This document shows positions 35,601 through 46,863 of a DNA stretch of 64,000 nucleotides, in pieces. The stretch lies in assembly GCA_964270895.1 (NCBI GenBank), contig OZ185435.1. One strand, written 5' to 3'. The stretch is from Podarcis filfolensis (taxonomy: Eukaryota). Every line of letters begins with the position of its first letter. Position 1 is the first letter of the stretch. The notes beneath the pieces were generated by a model. The model did no database searches, was not told the origin of the DNA, and was given only the letters and a program-made list of their open reading frames with translations. A program made the position numbers and the translations under genes.

Positions 35601-36303
35601 AAAACAGTGGAATTTATGGAGCACATCTGTAAAGCAAACACATTACCAGAAAGTTGTGCCTTGAAAACATTGTTTTGGCTTATCATTTGTGCAGGTTGTT
35701 TAACAGAGTAACAATGTGTATTTTCCCCTAGATGGTGAACCTACATGGGGTACTCACTCTCTTAAGCCAGCAATTAGCTATATCATCTCTCAAGACAGGA
35801 CCAATTTTTAAAAAATGATAATAATAGGCAATACCATTGGAAACAAAACCATACTTTTTGATCCTAAACACTTGTACATGGAAATAGGCTCTATTATATG
35901 AACTAGCTGAGGTCAGATTTTTCCATCTGATCATAGCCTCTTATTAATTCCAAAGAATACTTCCTTTTCCCTTGTACTTTTGGTGCATTTAGTTCTTTGT
36001 CCTGCTTTCCCCATGTAACCCCCTATCTGTGCCACTTGTATGTGGCTCCTGACTGGTAAAGTCAGATTTAACCCTGGTCTATTGGCAGCTTTTTTTGCTG
36101 AGATTTTATTGCCATCTGCTGGCTGAACAGGATGAGTACCTCATCAAGGACAGCCATCAAGCAAGCATCCAGAAGCAAATGTTATGGTAAGTCCTAGCTT
36201 CCCCTTGTATCAATCCATAATCTGAGGTAATGGGAGTGAACATTTCTACATGGTGTTTTAGTTGGAACGGTCAAACTTGTAATTGTTTCCTATCTGTTAA
36301 TAG

Positions 36304-36456
36304 TGGAAGCGGGAACAAGAATTTGACTTGCAGCTACTGGAAAGAGCTGTGCGCCCAGAACACAAAGAGGAAAATAACTGGCTAAGAGTTGAACCTGTGT
36401 TGGTGACAGAAGCAGACCTAGAACCTCAAGATTATAATTTGGATATTAGCAGAGAG
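36304..36456 (+). CDS. PLEKHA7: PLEKHA7 long-isoform exon (WKREQEFDLQLLER...LEPQDYNLDISRE)
   Basis: gttaatag acceptor and gtaagg donor; 153 nt, phase 0 to 0. Confidence 0.93.
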
Positions 36457-36590
36457 GTAAGGCTAGTTGTCTGTTTTTGCATTGCTACATATAGTATAAA
36501 GCGGGATAAATATTAACAACCAGAAAGGCAGCTTTAAGTGATGAAGTCTACAATGTAGAAATGTGTTATGTTTTCAGAAAAAGGGAGATA

Positions 36591-36808
36591 CAGTGGTACC
36601 TCAGGTTACAGACGCTTCAGGTTACAGACTCTGCTAACCCAGAAATAGTAATTCGGGTTAAGAACTTTGCTTCAGGATAAGAACAGAAATTGTGTCGCTG
36701 CGGCAATGGAAGGCTCCATTAGCTAAAGTTGTACTTCAGGTTAAGAACAGTTTCAGGTTAAGAACAGACCTCCAGAACGAATTAAGTTCTTAACCCGAGG
36801 TACCACTG
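36591..36808. mobile_element. Tc1/mariner MITE, opposite orientation to the 21607 copy
   Basis: TA|cagtggtacctcaggtt ... cccgaggtaccactg|TA. Confidence 0.88.
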
Positions 36809-37335
36809 TAATGGTCTGCTGCGCACATCACATTCAACCATATTTAAAATACTGTGGTTTACTGTGAACGAGCAGCATGCTGAAATCATGGGTGCTTCGC
36901 TTTCCTCCGTGCTGCCAGGGAACAAGCCATCATCTGGTTTGTGTCATCTGAACCTGTTTCTCCAAACAAACCACAAGCAGAAGCCAAGTTGCTTGGCGTG
37001 CCACTCCTCTAGGGTTGCCATATTTCAAAAAGTGAAAATCCAGACACAAAAGTTGTGTCTGGACTAAAAAGCTTTTTTTTATTTTTTTTTTAGTTTTTTT
37101 AGTTTTGCCCTATGGACATTCAAGCAATTTCCGCCCAGACGGCCGAATCTTGGCAATGGCCAGGAAATTCTACACACCTCACCTGTTTGTGGGGAAGCAA
37201 ACCACTATGAGTCCAGGTTCAGATAACACAAGACATACTATGGCTGTTTTCTGTCAGCACAGCAGGAGTGGGGAAAGAGTGAAGCACCTGCAATTTCAGC
37301 AGCACGCACCAGCATGCTGCTTATTCACATTAGAC

Positions 37336-37471
37336 CAGGCTTCCTCAACCTCGGCCCTCCAGGTGTTTTTGGCCTACAACTCCCATGATCCCTAGCTAGC
37401 AGGACTAGTGGTCAGGGATGATGGGAATTGTAGTCTCAAAACATCTGGAGGGCCGAGGATGAGGAAGCCTG
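37336..37471. mobile_element. hAT-type MITE, 136 bp (ctacaactccc family)
   Basis: Near-perfect TIRs of about 35 bp and a perfect 8-bp TSD CATTAGAC. Confidence 0.9.
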
Positions 37472-37780
37472 CATTAGACCATATTTAATCAACTAATGTG
37501 ATGTGCGAACAAGGCCAACGAAGGTCATGCATCCCATAAACAGATTGAATTAACATTACAAAATTATTGAATCACTCGTCTTAAAATAAAGTCAAATAGA
37601 ATTCCTATGCTTTCTCATTACCTATCAACCACGATGTCTATGAAATGGTGATCTATGAGAAAATGGTGTCAGAGATTAAGATTCCATTGTGTTCTCCCCA
37701 AAAGGTAACACATAATCCCCATGGCTATTGGAAAAGCAAGAGGGTATTAACGTTTTTTATGCATATATTTGAAAAGCTGT

Positions 37781-37798
37781 AGAGCCATCTGGTGGCCC
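37781..37798 (-). promoter_or_regulatory. Candidate CTCF site
   Basis: Minus strand reads GGGCCACCAGATGGCTCT, a full match to CCASYAGRKGGC. Confidence 0.55.
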
Positions 37799-38603
37799 AA
37801 ATGAAGTATATTATGCTGTCACTGAAATATGAAGGAACAGGGAGGAAAATCCACTGAATGCAAGATCAGTTTAAAAGCAATAAAATCATTAAATGACTTT
37901 AAGAATTCTGTTATTTTTCTTTTCTTATATATGTATAGCTTAATTTTCTGTGTGATTTACAGCTTTGAAAATACATGATGCTGTGTGTGTGTGTGTGTGT
38001 GTGTTTGTCAGTGTCACACACAAGCACACAAACATATACACACACTGCAAATTACACAGGGCATGTAAATCCAGCATAAATGTAGCAACATAAAAATAAA
38101 AAACGAACATAAAAACACTAGGGAGAAAAGAATGTGGTGCAAGAAATTAAAATCAATAAAAAATATTGTTTTAAATTAAAATTCTTGGGAAAGTAAAAAG
38201 TTTTTCAACAAAAGACTATAATACGGGCTTTCTCCCTCATCGCACCTACCTTATTTCATTAGATGCAGAAGGATTTCCAATTATGAACTCAAGAACAGGA
38301 TTAGGTGCATATGGGAGAAATTCCATCATATTTAATTCCGTTTTTCTAACATACAGCTAAACTTTGTTGTCGTTTGTGTTAGCAATTCAACATTGGAATT
38401 ACTGTTTTTATCAAAACATTGTTTTCAGAAAAAAATTGGCCCACAAGTATATTATGTTACGATTTTCATAAGGAAGTGTTAAAATTCTTGTTTTGCCCTG
38501 CTTTTTTCCTTTGGTTGATTTGAACAGTTTTGTTTCAGTTGAATGTAATATTCTATATGAGCTACATTAATCACTTATGATTCTCTCTCCCTGCCACCAC
38601 CAG

Positions 38604-38737
38604 TTGTCAAAACCTGAGAAGGTTGCAATTCCAGAGCGATACGTTGAGCTGGAACCTGAGGAACCCCTTACTCCAGAAGAATTAGCAGCAAGGCACCGTA
38701 ACGCAGAAAAAATAAAGAATATTCTTACAAGGTCAAG
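38604..38737 (+). CDS. PLEKHA7: PLEKHA7 long-isoform exon (LSKPEKVAIPERYVELEPEEP...KIKNILTRS)
   Basis: ccaccag acceptor and gtcaga donor; phase 0 to 2. Confidence 0.94.
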
Positions 38738-41165
38738 GTCAGATTCTTATAAACATATTACTCCCATTCATTTTTAACATTAGAAATGGGGGGGGGGGAC
38801 CTACTGCTGCAGTCTTGGTAAAGTTATATGCATTTGATCATAGTACAAAAACTTATAGAAATATATAAATACTACAATTAATACTAATTGTACTTTTCGC
38901 ATTGAATCAATTGCGGTATGTGAGGTGGGGAGTAGTGCTGCTTGCCAGGCAGAGCTAGAGTGTGGGATACCAGGTTGGCAGCAAGTTCAGATGCCCTCTC
39001 CCCACTGCTGCTACCAAGATGGTGCTCTCCTGCCCTCCCCACCACTCCAGTTCTGGCAGGCAGCACCACCACCACAGTTGAAACAGCAATGCAGCAACAC
39101 CACCCACAGCACTACTGCATATAATGAAAATGGTGAATCATCATCACCATCATCATTTTATTTATGCTGAGCCTTTCCATAGTTAAAGCAATGCTCAAGG
39201 CGGCTTGCAGCATGACAAGATTTACATAATTACCAACATAACAAAAGTCATAAGCAATAAATAAAACACATCCAAAAGTACTCAACCAAATGGGAAACAA
39301 TTTCCACATAAATCATAAAATCTAACACTAAGAATGCAGTATTAATATCAATCACAATTTAAAATGGCATAGATAAAAAATAAAAGCAATTTCGAAAACA
39401 AAAATGGAGCCCTTTCTGCCCAGCAGCAGCAGCAGTCCTTTATGGAGCCTGTCTCCCTGGAGGAGAGAAGGTGGAGAAAAGCAGGGCAGGGCTTTATTAT
39501 TCGTTATTATCTTTTCCTCTCTGTATACTCTTATTTACAGGCTGAACACACAGCCCAGCCCAGCCCTGCTTTCACTGACACAAGAAATGGCAAGTGCTGC
39601 TGCAGCTTAAATCAGCGTGTTCTGCCCTTGCTAGTGAGCAAAGACATGTGGCTCAGCTGCCTCGCTTTCCCACCACTGAACGTAGCATAGCATAGCCTCT
39701 TCTGCCACATGGAGGTACAGAAGCATCAAGAGCTGTTGGAACCCTGGGAGCAGAGGCTAAAACTGTGTCCAGCGCCACTACAGGGGAGAATTTCCATTGC
39801 TTCAGATATGATGGGATCACTGGTTCAGAACAGCAGCTCCTAGGATCAAGCCATTAAAACTCATATAACACGTTTAAGTAGTCGGGTTCTCAGCTTTATT
39901 TATTTACAAATATATATAATACATTCAGTTCACTATCTTGCCCAGATTACCACTGCAGCCCCTTCTCCAAGTTGACAAGAGATAATATTAAAGAAAGAAT
40001 TTATGTCAGCCCACATAGAGCTTAGACAAGAAGGCAATTGGTAGAAGCTGACTTAGACAGGTATTTAGGTGAATTGAGCCAACAGTTTGATGGTATAATT
40101 CAGCAGAATAAAAGATTAGACTGCTGTTGCTAAAGAGGAAGATTAAAGTCTCAACAGAATGAACATCCTAGACAGGATATGTCTGAGGTTGAGATCTCCT
40201 ACCTGAGTGATAACCTTTCCCTAGAATATAGGAGGCTAGTGTTCATGGTCTTGAATTTCCTAGGAACAATGCCACTAACCTCAAGTAGGCTGATTCTATA
40301 ATAGAGCCTTGCCTTGCTTTGACAGTAAGAACAAGGCCATTCTCCTTATTTCAGCCTTTTTGATTATAAAAATATATTTTGTTGTATATTAATTAAACAG
40401 GGCAGATCAGAGAGGTCAAAATAAGTAATGATGGATTAAAATGTAATAGTTAATTAATTAATTATCCTTCTCTTCATCCCAGAGGTTTTTTAAACTATTC
40501 TTTAACCCCTAAGTCTGAAGAGTTGCTGAGGAGAGATGGCCTCCTTTTCCTGGCACAGTTTCCAGTTCTGGGCTTCTCCCTGCAGCTTACACTGCAGCAA
40601 AATAGGCTAATGAATACTGCTATTGAACTGCTCATCTCCCTCACCTTCCTGCATGTACAGCCTGGAAGCAAGGCAAGGCTCAACTGCTATGATCCACCCT
40701 GGGCATTGCTTGGCAATGCCCCATTGCCCCATGATGTTCTGAAGCATCTCACAACAGCCATGAAATGGCCTCCAGTAGCATCCAGAACCCAAAGATGCCA
40801 AGAGAACAATGCAAGAACTGTGAATTATAAACTGAAAGGGTTCCCTGGAGCCTCTCCTGTGTTTAAAATTTAAGTGTAGCCAGAGGTAGTGGCTCCCACA
40901 GACTGGTTTTTTTCCTAGGAAGCTAATGTCTCTCACTTGGTGGAAGCTGGAGAACACATCTGAAACTTCATTGTAGTACATGAAGTGCAGGGTTGAAATG
41001 GGACAGCAAAGATTAATTACTACACTGAGACTCAATTTTTTAGGCAAAACAAAATAAAAAAGAACAGCAGCTCTATTCTCCTCCTCTAGAGGAAGCAATT
41101 CTCCAGCTCTACTTTCTGCTGAGCAGAAGAACTTTCTGTTTCAGGTCTTTGAAAATATATCTGTA

Positions 41166-41168
41166 CAT

Positions 41169-41203
<35 letters not shown>

Positions 41204-41205
41204 TT
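41166..41205 (+). repeat. (TTTA)n microsatellite
   Basis: Read directly from the sequence; ends approximate. Confidence 0.93.
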
Positions 41206-41264
41206 TGTAGCACCACAGAGCCCCATGCCTTAGCTGTCCTGGCAGCGCAGGGCTAGTTGATATA

Positions 41265-41465
41265 CAGCCTTGCGAGTTGAATGTTTTGGCTCCCAAACGC
41301 TGAGTGTTCTGGTTTGCGAATGTTCTTTGGAACCCGAACGTCTGATGTGGTTTCGCAGCTTATGATTGGCTGCAGGAGCTTCCTGCAGCCAGTCGGAAGC
41401 TGCTGCTTGGTTTCCGAACATTTAGGAAGTCAAACAGATTCCATTCAACTTACGAGATACAACTG
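41265..41465. mobile_element. Tc1/mariner-like MITE with a damaged left TIR
   Basis: TA flanks; gttgaatg / cattcaac in both termini. Confidence 0.6.
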
Positions 41466-41864
41466 TATTGTGCATTTCCACTGGAATTTGGAGACTATTC
41501 AGCAACTAAGTATAACGTTTCAGCTCATATCTGCTCCACAGTTGCTAATAACCAGATGTTGGTTTTTCAGTCAAAATAACAATAGAACATGTTTCTCTGT
41601 ATGTGCTAACAAGTCCTTTTATCAACTGAAATCAAATGAAACATTCAAACATGATCCAAAGACTACAGTCTACTGTTGGATGCCCAGCTTCAAGAGTTTC
41701 ATAATTGCATCATGATCCTGAGGACTTTGCCATTCTGGAAATGAGTGTGTTTGTGGATGTGACCCTTTTATATTTTTCTACAATCAAGCAATATACCAAA
41801 ATGTTTGCATACATGTGTAACATATGCCTTACAGTTAATGTGGTGTTTTTGTATTTTGCCCTAG

Positions 41865-42004
41865 TATGCACAACCTCCAGCCTTCAGCTCAGGACAAACA
41901 CAACTCTGCTAATTTAGATTCACAGTTGCAAGAGCAAGAACGCATCATTACCATATCATACGCACTGGCTTCTGAAGCCTCTCAGCGGAGCAAGGAGGTG
42001 GCAG
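41865..42004 (+). CDS. PLEKHA7: PLEKHA7 long-isoform exon (MHNLQPSAQDK...QEQERIITISYALASEASQRSKEVA)
   Basis: ttttgccctag acceptor and gtattg donor; 140 nt, phase 2 to 1. Absent from the ORF track. Confidence 0.94.
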
Positions 42005-43829
42005 GTATTGCTCAGTTATTTATAAAGCAATGGCTTTGACAATATGTTCTTTTAATCCTATGGCTGCAAACTTCTAAGGTTTTGTGTTCCTTCTGGACTG
42101 CAGTACATAACCAGGAACAACAGCAAGGCCATATCTACCCTTTGGGGTATACCCAGGCAAGTGCTCTTTGAATACACTCCAGTGTAGTTGTGAGACACTG
42201 GATTTACACCATAGACTCACCTGCACAACATAAATGGGTTGCTATCAGTGTTGAGCACAGTGTTACCTTGAAGCAATCAGAAGCAATGTCATGAGTGGGG
42301 GGGTGCAATTACACGCCATATAAATATATATTTACTGGGAATCGCTCTACCATGGTTCCATATCTTCTAAAGCAGTAGCATGACATTGTTGTCTTAATAC
42401 ACTAAATTTTTCCTGCTCTGATTTAGAACTGAAATGGCAAATACTGTATCAAGTTGTTAGGGACACTATTTTTTTAAACAGCCTGGAAACTTATTGCAAA
42501 AAGCTGGATAGAAGTTTGACGACTGGAAATTAAATTGCATTATTCAGCATGATGTCAAAGCAGCCCCTGTGTGTACAGCTGTGCTGGCAGGTTCTCTCTG
42601 TACTTGCCTGCACAATACGGCTTCGAAATGGATCAGACTGTGCTGAATGATTCGTTACTCAAGGGGTAAAATTCCATCTTTGTTTCCCATTCCCTGCAAG
42701 CCTATGTTTAACTGTTATATCTTGCACTCCATCTTCTCATCTGTTTCTCTGCCCATATATGTAGAATGCTCAAGTAGAAAAGGCATAAAAATGAAGTAGT
42801 GAATCTGGACTAACTTATAGTACTGTTCCAAGATTTAAAATTTGTGAATGCATTTGATTTTTCAAATTATTATTGATATTTTAGTGGTTTTAATTTCCGT
42901 AGAACCTAGTATAGTAAAACCAAAAACTTTAATATTTGCACAATGTACATTAGACAAACAGCATGAGCCAGAAACAGCAGATGAAGATGTTACTGCTAAT
43001 TACGTTTTCCTTGTAGCTCAGTGCTTCAGTACATTACTAATATAGCACATTCTTCTCAGTTTGTCTAGCAGGGCCTGCAGCCTTCCCAAGTAGCTTTATG
43101 TTTTATTTACTGATTTCAGTTTCTATCCCATACTCAGGAAAAGTAACAATTTTGAATCACAACACTATAAAATCACCAAAATATAATATCCAGTTTTATT
43201 TGGTAATTCCTGTAAATATTGACTGACGAGTTGTTTTTTTGTTTTGTTTGTTTTTAAAAAACCTTGTATGATTGCAAAGTCCTACTGCCTGCTTTACATC
43301 AGCCATGAAAAGTCGAGGCACAAAACAGTAATTCTGTAGATATTCAGGTTGAGACTTTGATGCATCACTAGGGCAGGGGTTGCAAAACTGCAGGCTGCAC
43401 CCAACCCACAAATCTGCTTCTGGTGCCACCCCCTCTCTCCCCATGCCAAATTGAGCACATCTTCCTTCACTTACCATGCAGAAGCACTGCTGCCTCATTT
43501 GGCATAGTGTCACTGCAAGGTTTTAGAGCTCAGAAAACAGTTCCTCCCTACTCCAGTGCCAAGAAAGGAAAGGTTCCTCCCTCTCTAGCACAGCGCTGGG
43601 GTGGAGAGAAAAAACATTTTTTAAGGGGGGGCAGTACTGAGCAATATTTCTGCAGGTCAGGGAGTGGAGTTCCCCATCCTCTTTTTGTGCAGGCAGAAAG
43701 CTTAACAAGCAAGTTGGGAGAATTTTCAGCCATTTTTAACATTGCAGGAACTGGCTTTTTTGTTGCAGAATTTGGCATACCTAGGCACAGAATTTATTTA
43801 CTTCTCAGTGACCTTTCCCCTCTGCAGGG

Positions 43830-44615
43830 AAGTGGGACAGATTCGGATGGTCCGCCCACGCCACTTAATGAATCCAAATGGTTTCCAGAGAGTAATAGGG
43901 GGTGTTTTATCCCATGCTCGTGGCCTTTCAGCTGATTCCCTGGTGGCCCACTGGAATGCGGAGTTAACCAGGGCTATTGACTGTCTGGCTCCGAAGCGCC
44001 CTCTCCGATTGCATGGAGCCCGGACAGCCCCGTGGTTTTCCCTGGAGCTGAGGGCAATGAAACAGTCGCTGAGACGGCTAGAGTGCCAGTGGCAGAAAAC
44101 TCATTCTAAGTCAGACCAAACATGGGTTACACACCAAATCAGAATGCAGCAGCTGGACTGGTGACTGGGAGTGGCCACTGGGACCATATAACACCGGTCC
44201 TAAAGGATCTTCACTGGCTCCCAGTACGTTTCCGAGCACAATTCAAAGTGTTGGTGCTGACCTTTAAAGCCCTAAATGGCCTTGGCCCAGTATACCTGAA
44301 GGAGCATCTCCACCCCCATCGTTCAGCCTGGACACTGAGGTCCTCCTCCGAGGATCTTCTGCTTGTTGCCTCACTGTGAGAAGCAAAGCTACAGAGAACC
44401 AGGCAGAGGGCCTTCTCAGGAGTGGCACTCTCCCTGTGGAATGCCCACCCTTCAGATGTCAAAGATATAAAGAATTACACAACATTTAGAAGACATCTGA
44501 AGGCAGCCTTGTATCGAGAAGTTTTTTATGCTTGGTTTTTTTGTTTTTAGATATGCTGAAAGTCGCTCAGAGTGGTGGGGAAACCCAACCAAATGGGCGG
44601 AGTCTAAACAATAAA

Positions 44616-44660
<45 letters not shown>
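43830..44660 (+). mobile_element. L2 LINE, 5'-truncated and internally deleted, with (ATT)15 tail
   Basis: APWFSLELRAMKQSLRRLECQWQK joins directly to QNAAAGLVTG...LHWLPVRFRAQFKVLVLTFKALNGLGP; tail at 44616-44660. Confidence 0.88.
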
Positions 44661-44665
<5 letters not shown>

Positions 44666-44788
44666 ACAGTACTAAAAAGACCTAGCTGCACTGGCTGCTG
44701 ACCCTGCTGTCTTGTATTCCAGCCCACGTGTCTGTTGTGTGTGAGTGTAAAATCACAGTGCCTAATTCCTTTGTATGATCCCTTCTAG

Positions 44789-44880
44789 CTCCGCAATTGA
44801 CCTATCCATCTAAAGCACCCTCACCTTCTGTACCTCAGCCACCCCCCTTAAGCAATGGATTTCACTACACATTTGTCTAA
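44789..44880 (+). CDS. PLEKHA7: PLEKHA7 terminal coding exon option 1 (APQLTYPSKAPSPSVPQPPPLSNGFHYTFV*)
   Basis: cctaat branch-like motif at 44761-44766 and cccttctag acceptor; phase 1 fits the 42004 donor. Resembles the recalled NGLHYTFV C-terminus. Confidence 0.85.
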
Positions 44881-45291
44881 GCATCTTGAAAGTAAGAACT
44901 AACTGCTCTTGGCTGCTTATTTTGTCATTAATTGTATGTTTTAACATTGTTGGTAGCTAACTTGATATTTAAGTGTAAACGTAACCCTAATTAATGCATG
45001 CAGACTTTAGTGATCTAAAAGATTCCTGCCACCTGCTATTAAAAATTACCTTATGAAATATATATGAGCTCATAGAAATGTTCAGTAATTGCTGTGAGTT
45101 TGGGATTTTGATTGCCTCATAACTATGATGTAAAATTTAAAGAGAAATGTTTAGATGTGGCGTTTCATCAGCAACCTACTAAAGATTACACCTTTAAAAA
45201 GGTATCTAATGCAGCACATGTGCTAAATGGCACAAATAATCCCTTCCTGTATTAAATGGAAAATTAGAACCATTTGAAACATACTACTGGT

Positions 45292-45647
45292 GGGACGCAG
45301 GTGGCGCTGTGGTCTAAACCACAGAGCCTAGGGCTTGCCGATCCAGAAGGTTGGCGGTTTGAATCCCCGTGATGGGTTGAGCTCCTTTTGCCCGGTCCCA
45401 GCTCCTGCCAACCTAGCAGTTCGAAAGCACGTCCAAGTGCAAGTAGATAAATAGGTACCGCTCCGGTGGGAAGGTAAACGGTGTTTCTGTGCGCTGCTCT
45501 GGTTGGCCAGAAGCGGCTTAGTCATGCTGGCCACATGACCCGGAAGCTGTACACCAACTCCTTTGGCCAGTAAAGCGAGATGAGTGCCACAGCCCCAGAG
45601 TCGTCCGCGACTGGACCTAACGGTCAGGGGTCCCTTTACCTTTACTT
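45292..45647 (+). mobile_element. Full-length Sauria-type SINE
   Basis: tRNA-like head gggacgcaggtggcgctgtggtctaaacc, ccttta-type tail, and flanking direct repeat TACTGGT(GGG). Confidence 0.9.
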
Positions 45648-46840
45648 TACTGGTGGGCTGGGTCTAGGAAAAAGCCTCCATCAAATGACAAAGTAACGGA
45701 ATAGCTGGGGGGGGGGGAAATAGTTCTATGTTAAATGATTTCTGTCATTTTCCTAACCCGTTGATTCCATAATTTTCCGTATGAGAAATCTTTGCCATGA
45801 ATTGAGGGATCTATTTTTGCCACAATTATAGCCATTGTAATTATTCTACAAAAGGAAATTTCATTTCCCTCTGTATTCCCATTTCTTTACCATGGTGCAG
45901 TTTGGCATATAACTCCTCTTTAGTTCCACCTACAATTTCACAATTTATAATTTTAAGGATTCCTTCTTATCAGTACAGAAAGTATAAGATTTCAAAAGAA
46001 CTTTGTGTTATGAGCACTATTTATAATTTTGAAGCTCTTTACTGTTAAATCTTAGGAAAGCATCTGAAGAAAATATTAACAAGGGCCCCGAAGTCACTGT
46101 TTACACTGTCACAGATCACTGTCCCAGACTTAAACTTCTCAATTTCTTCTTTTAAAACGCTTTGTCAAAATGAGATAGACCTTACTTTCAGGAGGGCAAT
46201 CATAACTGACCTATTTGTCCAGGCCTGAGGAAGGAATTTTTCATTGTTGAGGATGTTTAAATGCTTTTGTGATTAATATATTGTTTTATGACATTGGTTG
46301 CTCTGTGCTCCCATTTGGGAGGGAGGGGAGGATATTAAAAAGAACAAATAAATCACTGTGACATTATTCAGGAATTCCTCAAGCTGCCATGGGAATGAGA
46401 TGGGCATTTCCCCCCCTTTAGTATACTCTTAATCCTGATCACCAAAACCCACCATATTTAATCAAAATGGTTTTAAAGCTTCTTCACATAATATAGACAT
46501 ATCTTAATGAGTGAAAGTACCCAAAACAAGCCTTCAGCTTCACTGATAATATCCTCTTTCCTTCGTCAAAGACTAAGAAACTTCAATTTAGAGGTGAAGC
46601 ATAACAATTAGTTTGAACAGGGAAAGTATTGATTGCATTCTCCATTGCCTACATAGTATCAAGGTATATTGTAAGCAGTATGCTTATCTGGCTACATTTA
46701 CAAACTTTCTGAAGCACCTAGTGTTCATGAAACATCCATTAGCATGCCGTTAAAAGATATTGATGGATTCATCCTTTTGTGGATGTGTGTGCTAAACCTG
46801 TTGGAATAATATCTAACGTCATTGTTTCTCTTCAAACTAG

Positions 46841-46863
46841 CCAAAGCAGTAAATGAACGCTGA
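46841..46863 (+). CDS. PLEKHA7: PLEKHA7 terminal coding exon option 2 (AKAVNER*)
   Basis: ctaac branch-like motif and tttctcttcaaactag acceptor; phase 1 fits. Followed by AU-rich, UTR-like sequence. Confidence 0.7.

Larger units (their letters stand above)
3137..46863 (+). other. PLEKHA7: PLEKHA7 gene, partial (5' WW/PH exons lie upstream of the window); span from first visible coding exon to most distal stop
   Basis: Exon translations match recalled human PLEKHA7 motifs (GMRTYYFSADTQEDM, DGTVWQLYEWQQRQQF, CEQDRILQDLEDKIRALKENK, EDEAPPRPPLP, KMSAEEQLERMKRHQ). Splice phases are consistent across all exons. Confidence 0.97.

Noticed and set aside
40495-41098. 163-aa and 116-aa antiparallel ORFs
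   Set aside because: No recognisable domain and no splice-consistent link to either gene; probably old repeat sequence.
43423-44462. Cluster of 80-170 aa ORFs as a novel gene
   Set aside because: They derive from the degraded L2 element and an adjacent repeat, with frameshifts.
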